Assembly (NCBI GenBank): GCA_028717885.1
Contig: JAQUMX010000001.1
Location: 42,409-106,408 of the forward strand
Direction: 5' to 3'
Source: Candidatus Omnitrophota bacterium
Lineage (GTDB): Bacteria > Omnitrophota > Gorgyraeia > Gygaellales > Profunditerraquicolaceae
DNA length: 64,000 bases
A program made the translations under genes and the position numbers. Positions 8,697 through 18,684 of this stretch are shown here, in pieces (position 1 is the stretch's first letter; each line of letters begins with the position of its first letter). Under the pieces are notes generated by a model that ran no database searches, was not told the origin of the DNA, and saw only the letters and a list, made by a program, of their open reading frames with translations.

Positions 8697-9935
8697 CTAC
8701 CAGATATACCTTAATATTACGGAAGGATAATAGAGGATGCTGTTGACGTTTCTGATAAAATCTTCATTATCATAAATCAGGCCTGGCTGGTTGGCCGATT
8801 CTTTAAGTTTGCGCTGTTTACGCAGGAAATAATTGAAAGCAACGCCTCCCATAAGATGGGAAGTGATTTTATAGTCCAACTCGATCGACGCATCTATGCC
8901 AAAGCCGTTCCTGCCGTGCTGCTCGAAAACATTATTGGTCAGGTTCCACCAGCCATATGCTTTTGTAGTCAGCCACGCATAGGCAAACTCCATCCGGCCG
9001 GAAAACCTGCCGGAGGTAACTAAAGTACGGAATCCGAACCTGGGGCCGCGGTAGAAAACCTTGTAAAACGAATCTTCTCCGGCAATCGGATTATCCGTCG
9101 GCACCCACCACTCCACGGTATCTATTTTGTCGGTAGTGCGGTAACGGCTTTTTTGCCACTGGTAACCTACCAACAGGTCAAAAATCAAGCTGTCGTTGGG
9201 ATTACCCATTTTGAATAAATCGAATAGTTCGCCGAATTGCTTGTTTTCCCGCACCGTATCGGCATTTAAATCCAGTAGCCGGTAATAAAAATTAATATCC
9301 GAAAGCTGCGCCTGTGCTTTTTCGCGCGAATGCGACTCAAACCAGATGTCGGGATTAGTTGCCGGCTGCCAGTCGGTATCTGTAGCATATGATTTTTTAA
9401 AAAGGCTGCTGTCGAATTTTCCGCCAAGGAAAAATTTATCCAAATATCCCATCTCTCCTTTAACGCCGTACATTTGCCCGCGGTTCGGATAAAATAAGCG
9501 CGAGATTTTCCTGCTCGCGCCGTCAATAACCTCGAAGGTTTGCTCTCCCTGAACACAAAAACCGTATTCCATGGCCAAATCAAATTCCAATTTAGACAAA
9601 ACTTTCTCAATGGTAGATTTTCTTGCGTTTGAGGCATCTTTGGAACCTTCAATAAGAGGATTGCCTGCAGGAGGGTCGTTAGCTAATGCGGGATCTTGCT
9701 GGCTTAACCCCTGATCAAGCATCACGGAGTTTAAAGCATCTTCTCTTTGTGCGCGGGAATGAATGACTGATTCGGTGAGGTCCAGGAACTGATTGATTTG
9801 ACCGGCCCTTATATCCGTAGGCATCTCTGCCAGGGCAAACACGGGAAAAAGCAAAAACCCAAACAGGAAAATCTTCCCCGATAAATGCTTATTCAAGGTA
9901 AGTATAAATTTTGCCCTTAAAATTGCGCAAAACAT
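8697..9935 (-). CDS. Outer-membrane beta-barrel protein (signal peptide, C-terminal aromatic residue)
   Basis: The ORF-track frame is 8697..10007. The likely start is the Met at 9935 (MFCAILRAKFILTL...FALAEMP signal), which leaves only a short overlap with the kamA stop. Ends ...VILRYIW. Alternating amphipathic pattern. Confidence 0.4.
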   Translation of the reverse strand: MFCAILRAKFILTLNKHLSGKIFLFGFLLFPVFALAEMPTDIRAGQINQFLDLTESVIHSRAQREDALNSVMLDQGLSQQDPALANDPPAGNPLIEGSKDASNARKSTIEKVLSKLEFDLAMEYGFCVQGEQTFEVIDGASRKISRLFYPNRGQMYGVKGEMGYLDKFFLGGKFDSSLFKKSYATDTDWQPATNPDIWFESHSREKAQAQLSDINFYYRLLDLNADTVRENKQFGELFDLFKMGNPNDSLIFDLLVGYQWQKSRYRTTDKIDTVEWWVPTDNPIAGEDSFYKVFYRGPRFGFRTLVTSGRFSGRMEFAYAWLTTKAYGWWNLTNNVFEQHGRNGFGIDASIELDYKITSHLMGGVAFNYFLRKQRKLKESANQPGLIYDNEDFIRNVNSILYYPSVILRYIW

Positions 9936-11085
9936 ACTTTCCTTTTGCCTGAGAAAGGATATAGTTTGGCCCAACGGGAATTTTTCCGCCGCCGCCCGGG
10001 CCGTCAATCACATAGGTGGGCACTGCATAGCCCGAAGTGTGGCCGCGTAATTTTTCCATGATATTTATCCCTGCGGCTACGGGCGTACGGAAATGCTGCG
10101 TCCCTCTTACGGGATCGCATTGATAAATATAATAGGGACGGACCCTAATTTGCAGTAATTCATGCACCAGGCGCTTCATAATATACGGCCGGTCATTAAT
10201 CCCTTTTAAAAGCACGGTTTGGCTGCCTAAAGGAATCCCCGCGTCGGAAAGCATATCACAGGCAATCTTGCAACGCTTGGTAATCTCTTTAGAATGATTG
10301 AAATGGATGCTGATCCAAAGCGGAGAATATTTTTTGAGCATATTCACTAGTTTTTCGGTCACGCGCTGCGGCAAAGTAACAGGCACGCGCGTACCGAGCC
10401 TTAAAAATTCCACATGGGAAATTGCGCGGATTTTTTGGATCAGGTTTTCCAGCTCTTCATCCTCAAGGATCAAAGGATCCCCTCCGGAAATCAAAACATC
10501 GCGGATTTTGCGGTTGGATTTAATATATTCAACGGCTGCGTCAAATCTTTGCGCGCCACTTTCTTCTTTTTGCTCATGTTCGCCGACCAGGCGCCTGCGA
10601 GTGCAGTGCCGGCAATACATTGCGCAGTGATCGGTAGCTAATAATAAAACCCTGTCCGGATAACGGTGCACTAAATGCGGCGCAGGAGAATCCCTGTCTT
10701 CGGCGCAAGGGTCGGTCATTTCATGCGGAGAAATCAATGACTCGGCTTCCACGGGGACTGCTTGCCTTCTGATCGGGCATTCCGGGTCTTCCGGGTCAAG
10801 CAAGGCTGCCCAATAAGGGGTAATCGCCATAGAAAGCCTGCCCTTGGCTTTATCCACACCTTTTTCTTCTTCCGGGGTTAATTTAATGATCTGGGAAAGT
10901 TCTTCTTTGTTGCGGATACGGTTCTTTAACTGCCAATGCCAATCCTCCCAATCCAAAGGGTTGACATCTTTATAAATACTGATCTGTTGATAATCGCGGA
11001 TCCTTTTGATTTGGCGCGCAGGAGTAATTTCCGTTAATAACTTTTGCTGCTCGGCAACAACGGTATTACTGTTTGTGCTGCTCAA
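9889..11085 (-). CDS. kamA: Lysine 2,3-aminomutase (radical SAM, KamA family)
   Basis: 398 aa. CAMYCRHCTRRR CxxxCxxC motif in KamA-type context, PLP-binding region. Colinear with KamA/EpmB over the full length. Confidence 0.85.
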   Translation of the reverse strand: MSSTNSNTVVAEQQKLLTEITPARQIKRIRDYQQISIYKDVNPLDWEDWHWQLKNRIRNKEELSQIIKLTPEEEKGVDKAKGRLSMAITPYWAALLDPEDPECPIRRQAVPVEAESLISPHEMTDPCAEDRDSPAPHLVHRYPDRVLLLATDHCAMYCRHCTRRRLVGEHEQKEESGAQRFDAAVEYIKSNRKIRDVLISGGDPLILEDEELENLIQKIRAISHVEFLRLGTRVPVTLPQRVTEKLVNMLKKYSPLWISIHFNHSKEITKRCKIACDMLSDAGIPLGSQTVLLKGINDRPYIMKRLVHELLQIRVRPYYIYQCDPVRGTQHFRTPVAAGINIMEKLRGHTSGYAVPTYVIDGPGGGGKIPVGPNYILSQAKGKYVLRNFKGKIYTYLE

Positions 11086-12086
11086 TTGGACTTACCTTTC
11101 CTTTCTGAAGCGCTAAGCAATATCGCTTCGATTAAATCTTCGTAGCGCATGCCCGCGGCATAGGCCATGATCGGGAAATTAGATTCCTTAGGGTCTAAGC
11201 CCGGTAAAGGGTTGATTTCCAAAACATACGGCACATTATTAGAATCAAGCCGGATATCGGTCCGGGAAATATCCAGGCAGCCTACTGCACGGTGCGTCTT
11301 GAGCGCTGCTTCTTTAACCAATTCTTCGGTTTTTTTATCCAGGCGCGCAGGGCAGTGAAAAGTAGGGACCAATCCTAATTGTTCGTTACCCTGGAATTCT
11401 TTCATCCTCCAGGAATAAAAATATTCTCCGCTGTTTTTGCAGGTGGAAAAATCGATCTCCAGGATAGGCAGTATTGAAGTCTTGCCGTTTTCCAGAATAC
11501 CGACGGTCAATTCCTTACCTTCGATAAATTCTTCTACCAGGGCCTCCTGTTTATACACGCGGATCACTTCTTTTACCTTATTCATAAGGTCCTGCTGATT
11601 ATGCACCACGTTGGATTTATTAATCCCTTTGGCCGATCCTTCGCAGTTGGGCTTGACAATCAAAGGAAATTTCAAATCCGGCGATAACGCAGCATTCTCT
11701 TTGGAAAAAACCTGGAAATTCGGAGTAATTACCCCTTCTGCTTTTAATATTTTTTTCGTAAGCGCCTTATTCAAAGCAAGCGCCAGAGAAAAAGTGCTCG
11801 AACCGGTGTAAGGAATATTCAAATAATCCAGGATTGCCGGGACTTCAGATTCGCGGAACTTTCCGCATCTTCCCTCTGCGATATTAAAAACCATATCTAC
11901 GCGGTTTTTCTTAAAAAAAGAAAAAAGGCGCGGGTATTCCACATCGATTGCTTCGACGCTGTGCCCTTTGGTTTTTAGAGCAGAGACAATTGCGCCTATG
12001 GTCTCTTCGGAGTCAAATTCGGAGAAATAATCCTCGGGCTTGGTCTGGTCCTTTTTCTTCAAATTATAGGTAAGTGCGACTTTCAT
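11082..12086 (-). CDS. ATP-grasp ligase, D-alanine--D-alanine ligase-like
   Basis: 334 aa. Ddl-like three-domain layout; ATP-grasp motifs (FPLIVKPNCEGSAKGI, ...EEFIEGKELTVGIL..., LEINPLPGL). Start overlaps the kamA start codon region (ATGA). Confidence 0.7.
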   Translation of the reverse strand: MKVALTYNLKKKDQTKPEDYFSEFDSEETIGAIVSALKTKGHSVEAIDVEYPRLFSFFKKNRVDMVFNIAEGRCGKFRESEVPAILDYLNIPYTGSSTFSLALALNKALTKKILKAEGVITPNFQVFSKENAALSPDLKFPLIVKPNCEGSAKGINKSNVVHNQQDLMNKVKEVIRVYKQEALVEEFIEGKELTVGILENGKTSILPILEIDFSTCKNSGEYFYSWRMKEFQGNEQLGLVPTFHCPARLDKKTEELVKEAALKTHRAVGCLDISRTDIRLDSNNVPYVLEINPLPGLDPKESNFPIMAYAAGMRYEDLIEAILLSASERKGKSN

Positions 12087-12093
12087 CTGTATT

Positions 12094-13086
12094 TTAATTA
12101 AGGTTATACCTCTTGATTGCGCTATCCAGTATTTTTCCGATCATCTGTTCATAAGTAATCCCGATCTCTTTTGCCACCAACATAAAAACATCTTCCGTGG
12201 AAAGCGAAGGAAGCGGGTTAATTTCCAAAACAAAAGGGTTCCCCTCGTTATCTACGCGGAAATCTACCCTCCCAAAATCACGGCATTCAACCGCAGTATA
12301 AGTCTTTAAAGCCAAATCCTCGATTTTTTTCCTTAATTCCGGAGCGAGCCTCTCCGGACAAACATATTCCAGCCTGTCGGAAGTAATCCTGGCAAAGGTA
12401 TAGAATTTATCGTTAAGCTTGAACCTGCCGTCAATTTTAATCTGTACGATGGGCAACACCTCCGGCTGGTCATTTCCCACGATTGCCACGGTAAATTCCT
12501 GGCCGCTGATAAATTCCTCGACCAGCGCCGGCTGTTTATAGGTAGTCACGATAAATTCAACCTGTTTTTTTAGCTCATCCATATTTTCCACGCGGGAATT
12601 TTCGCTCAAACCCTTGGAAGAGCCTTCAAAACGCGGTTTTACGATTAAAGGAAACTTGCAATGGTCCGCATTTACCAATTCCTCCGTATTTTTTACCTCG
12701 AAAAATTTCGGCGTAGGGATTTTTTCCGCGATAAAAATCTTTTTTGCCATCACCTTATCCAAGGTAAGCCCCAATGTCAAGGCATCGGCCCCGACAAAAG
12801 GTATTCCTGCCATTTCCAGAACTACCGGCACTTGCGATTCGCGGTTCCTGCCCGTCATACCCTCGGAAATATTAAAAACAATGTCAACTTTCAACGAATC
12901 GATTTTTTCCAGAAGGTTGGTGACATTGCCGATACGCTCGACCTTAAAGCCGTTTGCCTCGATAGCCTTGGCAATGACGTCGATAGTGGATGGCGCGTCG
13001 AATTCCGCATTTGCATCCTCCGGATCATCGGCTTTAAATTTATAATCTGTTTTTAAATCGTAGGTTAACCCGACTTTTTTAGCCAT
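12094..13086 (-). CDS. ATP-grasp ligase, D-alanine--D-alanine ligase-like (second tandem paralogue)
   Basis: 330 aa, same architecture as the neighbouring ligase (FPLIVKPRFEGSSKGL; EEFISGQEFTVAIV; LEINPLPSL). Confidence 0.7.
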   Translation of the reverse strand: MAKKVGLTYDLKTDYKFKADDPEDANAEFDAPSTIDVIAKAIEANGFKVERIGNVTNLLEKIDSLKVDIVFNISEGMTGRNRESQVPVVLEMAGIPFVGADALTLGLTLDKVMAKKIFIAEKIPTPKFFEVKNTEELVNADHCKFPLIVKPRFEGSSKGLSENSRVENMDELKKQVEFIVTTYKQPALVEEFISGQEFTVAIVGNDQPEVLPIVQIKIDGRFKLNDKFYTFARITSDRLEYVCPERLAPELRKKIEDLALKTYTAVECRDFGRVDFRVDNEGNPFVLEINPLPSLSTEDVFMLVAKEIGITYEQMIGKILDSAIKRYNLN

Positions 13087-13317
13087 TATACTTAATTATT
13101 TCCGTTTTTTACAAATTTTACACAAAAAAAGGGCCCTCTCTTTCCTCCTGAGCCCTGATCATAAGCCTATTTTTCCAATTTCTCTATTTTCCTCGCTTAA
13201 ATCGCTAGAATTTTCCCTAATTTACCTATTTAACAATATTTTTTTATCATAACCTCGGCTCTTTGTCAAGCATTTTTTCTCGACGAGAAATTCGATAAAT
13301 CGAGTGTTTTTAATTAT

Positions 13318-14265
13318 TTAGCGCCTAAGAGGCAATTTTCTTTTGCGAAAAGCGGCAGGAAAATATTTCATCTTATGGAGGAATAAAACAATCAGATGGG
13401 GGCTATGGATAATGCAATACCCCCACTGCAATAATTCAAAGAGGATTATGCCCGGTAAATGCAGGATAAAGGCGAAAAATTTTTCATTTTTGATGATTGC
13501 TAAATAGCGGTTCTTAATCAAATCCAGGTGGCGCTCCTGGCTTAAATATCTTCTGGCAAAAGGCTTGCCAATACCTTTTGATTCCAGCCGGAATGAGCCT
13601 CCGCGTACATGATAAGCGATTGCCGCAGGCGTATAATATGCTTTCCATCCCGCGCGCTGCGCCCTCCAGGCGAGATCAAGGTCCTCGTAAAACACGTGGA
13701 ATGCCGGATCAAAATAGCCTTCCGGTTCTTTGATTTCTTCCAGCATTTTTTTGCGGTAAAATAGTACCGCGCCATTGACGCCAAAAACATACTCCGGTTT
13801 TTCGTATTGCCCGCAGTCTATCTTTCCATAGCCTCTTTCCTTAGCAGTGCGCCAGTAACTTAAAAACAGGCCGGTAGTGTCGATTGTTCTGGCGTCGCTA
13901 CGTAAAATCTTTCCGCTTACCATGCCGATTTTTTTATCTTGCGAAATAGCCTTCAAGGCCTGCTCAATATATCCGCACTCAAGCGTAACATCGTCGTTCA
14001 AAGCAAAAATATACTCGCCGCAAGAATCATTAATCCCCTGGTTTAAGGATTCACAATAGGATAATGGCCCTTTAAATAATTTTACCGGCGGGTAGAGCTT
14101 ACGGATTCCTTGGCCGAAAGCAACTTGAGATGAATTATCGATAACAATGAGTTCGAAATCTTGGATGGTTTGCTTCAAACATGAAGCAAGGCATTTTTGC
14201 AGATAATCCTGCTTGCCGCAGGTAACAATAATGATACTAACGATTGTGTTTGACGGTTTTTCCAT
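13318..14265 (-). CDS. Family 2 glycosyltransferase
   Basis: N-terminal IIIVTCGKQDYLQKCLASCLKQT...ELIVIDN and DxD region (LNDDVTL), typical GT-A fold GT2. Confidence 0.75.
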   Translation of the reverse strand: MEKPSNTIVSIIIVTCGKQDYLQKCLASCLKQTIQDFELIVIDNSSQVAFGQGIRKLYPPVKLFKGPLSYCESLNQGINDSCGEYIFALNDDVTLECGYIEQALKAISQDKKIGMVSGKILRSDARTIDTTGLFLSYWRTAKERGYGKIDCGQYEKPEYVFGVNGAVLFYRKKMLEEIKEPEGYFDPAFHVFYEDLDLAWRAQRAGWKAYYTPAAIAYHVRGGSFRLESKGIGKPFARRYLSQERHLDLIKNRYLAIIKNEKFFAFILHLPGIILFELLQWGYCIIHSPHLIVLFLHKMKYFPAAFRKRKLPLRR

Positions 14266-14287
14266 TTTGCAATAGAATTATAACATA

Positions 14288-15400
14288 ATGCTTTTCATAC
14301 TACTATCTCTAATCTGCGTACGCCCTTTTATCTCTTGCCTGGCTTACCCAAGAGAAAATTTTTTCTTCTCTCTCGCTTCTACAGCCATCTTATTAGCCTA
14401 TCTTGCAATAAAAGGAAAAAATGTTTCTCTGCCGCGCAGCTGTAGGTTCGCTTTACTTGCCTTCCTTACATGCCTGCTGATTACGGTAATCTTTTCTTTT
14501 AATACTTTCGTTTCTTTAAGAGAAGCAAATAACTATCTTCCGGCAATCTTGTTTTTCTTTGCGGCTTGCGCTTTTTCGCAAAGAGAGCGCAAGCGGGTTT
14601 TATTTGTTATCCTGGCTACCGGATTAGTCGTGGCTTTGGCCGCGATCTATCAATATTTCTTCGGCTTTGAACACACGCTCTACTTTATAGAAGGCCAGAA
14701 AAACCGCAATTATTTCACCCTAGAATACCTGACGAGAAAACGCGCCTTTTTCCCGTTTGTTACCCCGAATGCCCTGGGAGGATACCTGGCAATGATTCTG
14801 CCTCTTTGTTTTATTTTCAAAAAAATCCGCTGGGTAATTGTTCCCCTTGCCTTTGCTTTGCTTCTTACTAAATCATTAGGCGCTATTTTAAGTCTAATCT
14901 TTGCGCTCTTAATGTATTTTATAATTACCGGGTCTTCAAAAAAGAAACTGATTCTCACAGGATGCGGATTATTAATAATTCTTTCGGCCGTATTCTTAAA
15001 CCGGCTTTCCGCACGGAGCGAACACCTTCAGCCGTTATTTTCTTCTCTGATGCGCATCAATTACTGGCAGCAAACCCTGCAGATTATCCAACGCTCCCCG
15101 CTTCTGGGTGTCGGCCCCGGGGATTTTAACCTTCCGCAATCGCGCTATGCCCATAACGCATATTTACAAATCTGGGCAGAGATGGGTATTTTTACTTTGC
15201 TTTCCTTTTTCTGGTTAATCTCGGCAGGCATTGCTTCTGCAGCCAAAAGAATTAAAGAGCTTATGAATAAAAAAGAGGCGCTTTTTTTACTCACGGCATA
15301 CCTGGTTTTCCTACTGCATAATGTTATAGATTTTACTTTTTTCCTGCCGGAAGTATCCTGGTACTGGTGGATCATTGCGGGGCTATTAGCCGGGGCTTAA
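14288..15400 (+). CDS. Polytopic membrane protein, O-antigen ligase/polymerase (Wzy_C)-like
   Basis: 370 aa, about 10 predicted TM helices, with a periplasmic loop region (RYAHNAYLQIWAEMGI) reminiscent of Wzy_C. One of only two plus-strand genes. Confidence 0.55.
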   Translation: MLFILLSLICVRPFISCLAYPRENFFFSLASTAILLAYLAIKGKNVSLPRSCRFALLAFLTCLLITVIFSFNTFVSLREANNYLPAILFFFAACAFSQRERKRVLFVILATGLVVALAAIYQYFFGFEHTLYFIEGQKNRNYFTLEYLTRKRAFFPFVTPNALGGYLAMILPLCFIFKKIRWVIVPLAFALLLTKSLGAILSLIFALLMYFIITGSSKKKLILTGCGLLIILSAVFLNRLSARSEHLQPLFSSLMRINYWQQTLQIIQRSPLLGVGPGDFNLPQSRYAHNAYLQIWAEMGIFTLLSFFWLISAGIASAAKRIKELMNKKEALFLLTAYLVFLLHNVIDFTFFLPEVSWYWWIIAGLLAGA

Positions 15401-16288
15401 GAGGCGCTTCTTAAGCATCTTTGGCGCCAATACCAACACTTCAAAGCTTGCCTTAAGAAAATAACCCGGGCTAGTGAGCAGCATATAAAGGTTGCGCCAA
15501 AGGTCGTAAATCAGGAATACGAAAGGAAGCCTCAATACCCCCCATATTGATTCGTTCTTTAAGAGCATAAAATAGCGGTTGCGCATGCTTAAGTATTGGG
15601 TAAACCTGCCTCTTTTACGCGACACCCCTCCCAGATGGATACAGACTGCCTGCGGGCAATAAAATGAGCGCCAGCCTTTTTTTTGCAAACGCCAACTTAA
15701 GTCAATATCCTCGGCAATACAAAAAAAATCTTCATCGAAATATTCCCCATCCTGCCGCACACTCTCCAGGGATTTTTTTCGATAAAGCGCTGCGGCAGCG
15801 CTTACCCCGAAAATAAATCCGGGGCAGTTATATTTTTCATTATCCGGCTCTCCGTAGCCTCGGTTATAGAACCTGCGTAGCAAAGAGAGTTTGATGCCTA
15901 TAGTATCAATCAGCTTACCCGAATTTTGCAGCACCTTAGGCTGGATAGCGGCGATTTTTTCGTCGTTTTCTGCCGCAGAACAAATTTTTTTTAAAAAATG
16001 TTCCTGCAATTCAATATCATCATTCAGGGCCAGGACAAAATCCCCCCTGGATTCTTTTATCCCCCGGTTATAAGCTTTGGCAAAACCGGCATTAAAACTG
16101 TTCTTAATCAATTTTATCTGCGGGTAATTTTCTTGCAGGAGTTTCAGCGTTTGATCCGAAGAGGCATTGTCTACGACGATTACTTCCAGGGGTAAAACAC
16201 CCTGCGCAAATAAAGATTTCATCAGGGGCAAGATTTTGCTTTGCGAATTATAGGTGGCTACGACAACAGAAATTCCAGGCATGGGCAC
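15386..16288 (-). CDS. Family 2 glycosyltransferase
   Basis: ISVVVATYNSQSKILPLMKSLFAQ...EVIVVDNASSD; LNDDIEL DxD motif. Confidence 0.75.
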   Translation of the reverse strand: MPMPGISVVVATYNSQSKILPLMKSLFAQGVLPLEVIVVDNASSDQTLKLLQENYPQIKLIKNSFNAGFAKAYNRGIKESRGDFVLALNDDIELQEHFLKKICSAAENDEKIAAIQPKVLQNSGKLIDTIGIKLSLLRRFYNRGYGEPDNEKYNCPGFIFGVSAAAALYRKKSLESVRQDGEYFDEDFFCIAEDIDLSWRLQKKGWRSFYCPQAVCIHLGGVSRKRGRFTQYLSMRNRYFMLLKNESIWGVLRLPFVFLIYDLWRNLYMLLTSPGYFLKASFEVLVLAPKMLKKRLLSPG

Positions 16289-16300
16289 AATAAGGAAAAT

Positions 16301-17692
16301 CTATTCCTGGTTATAGGGTTTGCGAAAAAGAGAGCGGAATTTTGCGAAAAATTTCCCAGGATAATTCGATAAATACGCAGCCGGGGAAGAAATTACTTCC
16401 TGCAAAGAAAGATTCTGATCTTCGGCAACGCTGATGGACTCATACAATAATTTCTTCAGGTGTTCGTAATCGATCCCTCTAATCTTCGGCTCGTAACTAC
16501 TCCTGCGGTAACGATCATGGCTATCGATCAATGAAAGGTTATTCTCTATACAATACTGAAAAAGATCGCTCCCGGGATGCGGGGTATAATAAGCCGGGCT
16601 ACAGTGATAAGGCCGGATTTTTTTAATCATTGTTACCGTCTCTTCCTGCTCTTCCTTAGTCTCCGTCGGCACGCCCAACATATAATTCGCCCAGATTTTG
16701 ACATTTAGCTTATGGCAAATTTCTGCGGCCTCCAGGTTCTGCTCTAGGCTACATCCCTTCTTTAAAAATTTTAAGATCCGGGGGCTGCCGCTTTCAAATC
16801 CGATCAGGCAAAGGATTAGCCCGCAATCACGCAAACGCCTAAATGCATCCTTATTTTTCACGATCAGATCCGCCCTGCTTTGGCAAACAAAGGGCTGCCG
16901 GAAACCGTTGCCCTGGTATTTATCGCAAAATTCCAATACCCATTTCCTATCTTCGGTTAGGCAGTCATCATGAATCATGAATGAGTTAAACCTGAATTTG
17001 CTGCGCAGGGCTTTTAATTCCTCGATAACATTGTCAACGCTCCTGCGCCGCACGTTCTTGCCGAAAATAATCCTTTCCGCCGGCTGGCAATAATTACAGT
17101 TATAGGTGCAGCCGCGGCCGGCAATAATCGTGACAAATGGCCGCAACAAAAACGGGACAAAAGGCTCTTCCGGTAAAGCAAACAGGCCCCTGTCCACAAA
17201 AGGCAACCTATCCAAGTCAGGTTTTTCTCCGTAAATTAAACGCGGATTTTGTTCTCCTGCTTCTTCCTTACGCAAGAAGTCTAATAATGAAACCTCCGCT
17301 TCGCCGACAAAAACGTGGTCTATATTATTATTTGCCGCAAGCTCTTCCGGGGCAATTGAGGCGTGCGCGCCACCCACCAACACCTTAACCCTAGGACGGA
17401 TGCGCTTAATCGTTTCTATGCATTTATTCACCGGATTGAAATCAACGCTCATCATGGTTAATCCGGCGATATCGAAATCCTGTTCTGTCAATACACTTTC
17501 AAGATGCTCCCAGCCTTTTAGCCTTCGCAGGTCGATCAGGCTTACGGGATAGCCGGCAGATTTCAAAGTGGCACTTATGGAACAAAGGCCATGGTTCATC
17601 CAGCTGCCTTCATTCCCGGAAGCATTATTAAAACCGCTCTCGGTTATGCCGGCATAGAAGAGAATTATTTTTTTCTTGAAAGAAGGTCCCAT
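16301..17692 (-). CDS. B12-binding-domain radical SAM enzyme (class B, probable C-methyltransferase or related)
   Basis: 463 aa. N-terminal cobalamin-binding Rossmann-like region, then CTYNCNYC radical SAM cluster motif. Confidence 0.75.
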   Translation of the reverse strand: MGPSFKKKIILFYAGITESGFNNASGNEGSWMNHGLCSISATLKSAGYPVSLIDLRRLKGWEHLESVLTEQDFDIAGLTMMSVDFNPVNKCIETIKRIRPRVKVLVGGAHASIAPEELAANNNIDHVFVGEAEVSLLDFLRKEEAGEQNPRLIYGEKPDLDRLPFVDRGLFALPEEPFVPFLLRPFVTIIAGRGCTYNCNYCQPAERIIFGKNVRRRSVDNVIEELKALRSKFRFNSFMIHDDCLTEDRKWVLEFCDKYQGNGFRQPFVCQSRADLIVKNKDAFRRLRDCGLILCLIGFESGSPRILKFLKKGCSLEQNLEAAEICHKLNVKIWANYMLGVPTETKEEQEETVTMIKKIRPYHCSPAYYTPHPGSDLFQYCIENNLSLIDSHDRYRRSSYEPKIRGIDYEHLKKLLYESISVAEDQNLSLQEVISSPAAYLSNYPGKFFAKFRSLFRKPYNQE

Positions 17693-17838
17693 TTTAAACT
17701 CTTGTAATCAAGAAATAATTCCAATTCATTTTCTTTGATTAATTTATTCCTTTGAATAAGCGCCCTTTTCTTAAGCATCGCCCTAAGCATCGGCGCAGTA
17801 AGCAGAAATGACTTAAATCTTAATCCTCTGGGGATTTC

Positions 17839-18684
17839 TTATATCGGCATCAACAAAAAGGAAGTTTCTTTTAAGAATATTTTTCCGAAATTTTTCTTTA
17901 GATAGCGCGCAGGGAGGTTTTTAATAATACAACAGTATCGGTTGCGCAGGCCAAAAATAAGGTAATCTTTTTTCATCGGCGTATTATCTTTTCTGGTAGC
18001 GCCGCGTTCGTGATAAGCTACTGCGGAAGGGTTATAAACACATTTCCAGTTCCTTAAACACGCCCTCCAGGAAAGGTCCACATCTTCCACGTAATTCACG
18101 AAGTCCTCGTCAAAAAATTCCCGTCCGGATCTTATATCCTCCAGCATCGCTTTCCGGTATAAAGGAGCTGCCCCGCATGCGCCAAATACAAGCGCGCCTT
18201 CAGAATTATCGTATTGACCGCGGTCTTCTTCGCTCTGCCCCCGCGGATGCATGAAACAATGCCGCATGGTAATGCCGGTAGAATCCAGGATTTTGGTTTT
18301 GTTGCCGTTAGTCTGCCGGTAAAGCTTCCCGGAGACAATGCCGATTGATGAATCGTTTTTCATCATCTTTACCATCTCCCCCACAAAATCCGGTTCCAAA
18401 AATACGTCGAAATTAAGCGGCAAAATAAATTCGCCTTTGGCTAGATGAATGCCTAAGTTGTGGCTCTTGGAAAACCCTAAGTTTTCTTTATTTTTTACAA
18501 TCTTTACCTGAGGAAAATTTTTCGCGATGTATTCCAGAGAAGAATCCGTAGAACTGTTATCTACGACTATGAGTTCAATCGCAGGATAAAGCTGTTTCTT
18601 TATGGAATCCAGGCATTTCTCGATATAGCCCGATGAATTCCAATTTACGATGGTAATAGAAACTAACCCTTCAGCGCTTTTCAT
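17839..18684 (-). CDS. Family 2 glycosyltransferase
   Basis: VSITIVNWNSSGYIEKCLDSIKKQ...ELIVVDNSSTD; LNFDVFL. Confidence 0.7.
   Translation of the reverse strand: MKSAEGLVSITIVNWNSSGYIEKCLDSIKKQLYPAIELIVVDNSSTDSSLEYIAKNFPQVKIVKNKENLGFSKSHNLGIHLAKGEFILPLNFDVFLEPDFVGEMVKMMKNDSSIGIVSGKLYRQTNGNKTKILDSTGITMRHCFMHPRGQSEEDRGQYDNSEGALVFGACGAAPLYRKAMLEDIRSGREFFDEDFVNYVEDVDLSWRACLRNWKCVYNPSAVAYHERGATRKDNTPMKKDYLIFGLRNRYCCIIKNLPARYLKKNFGKIFLKETSFLLMPI

Noticed and set aside
9266-9652. 128-aa ORF on the minus strand
   Set aside because: Out-of-frame overlap inside the OMP gene; no independent support.
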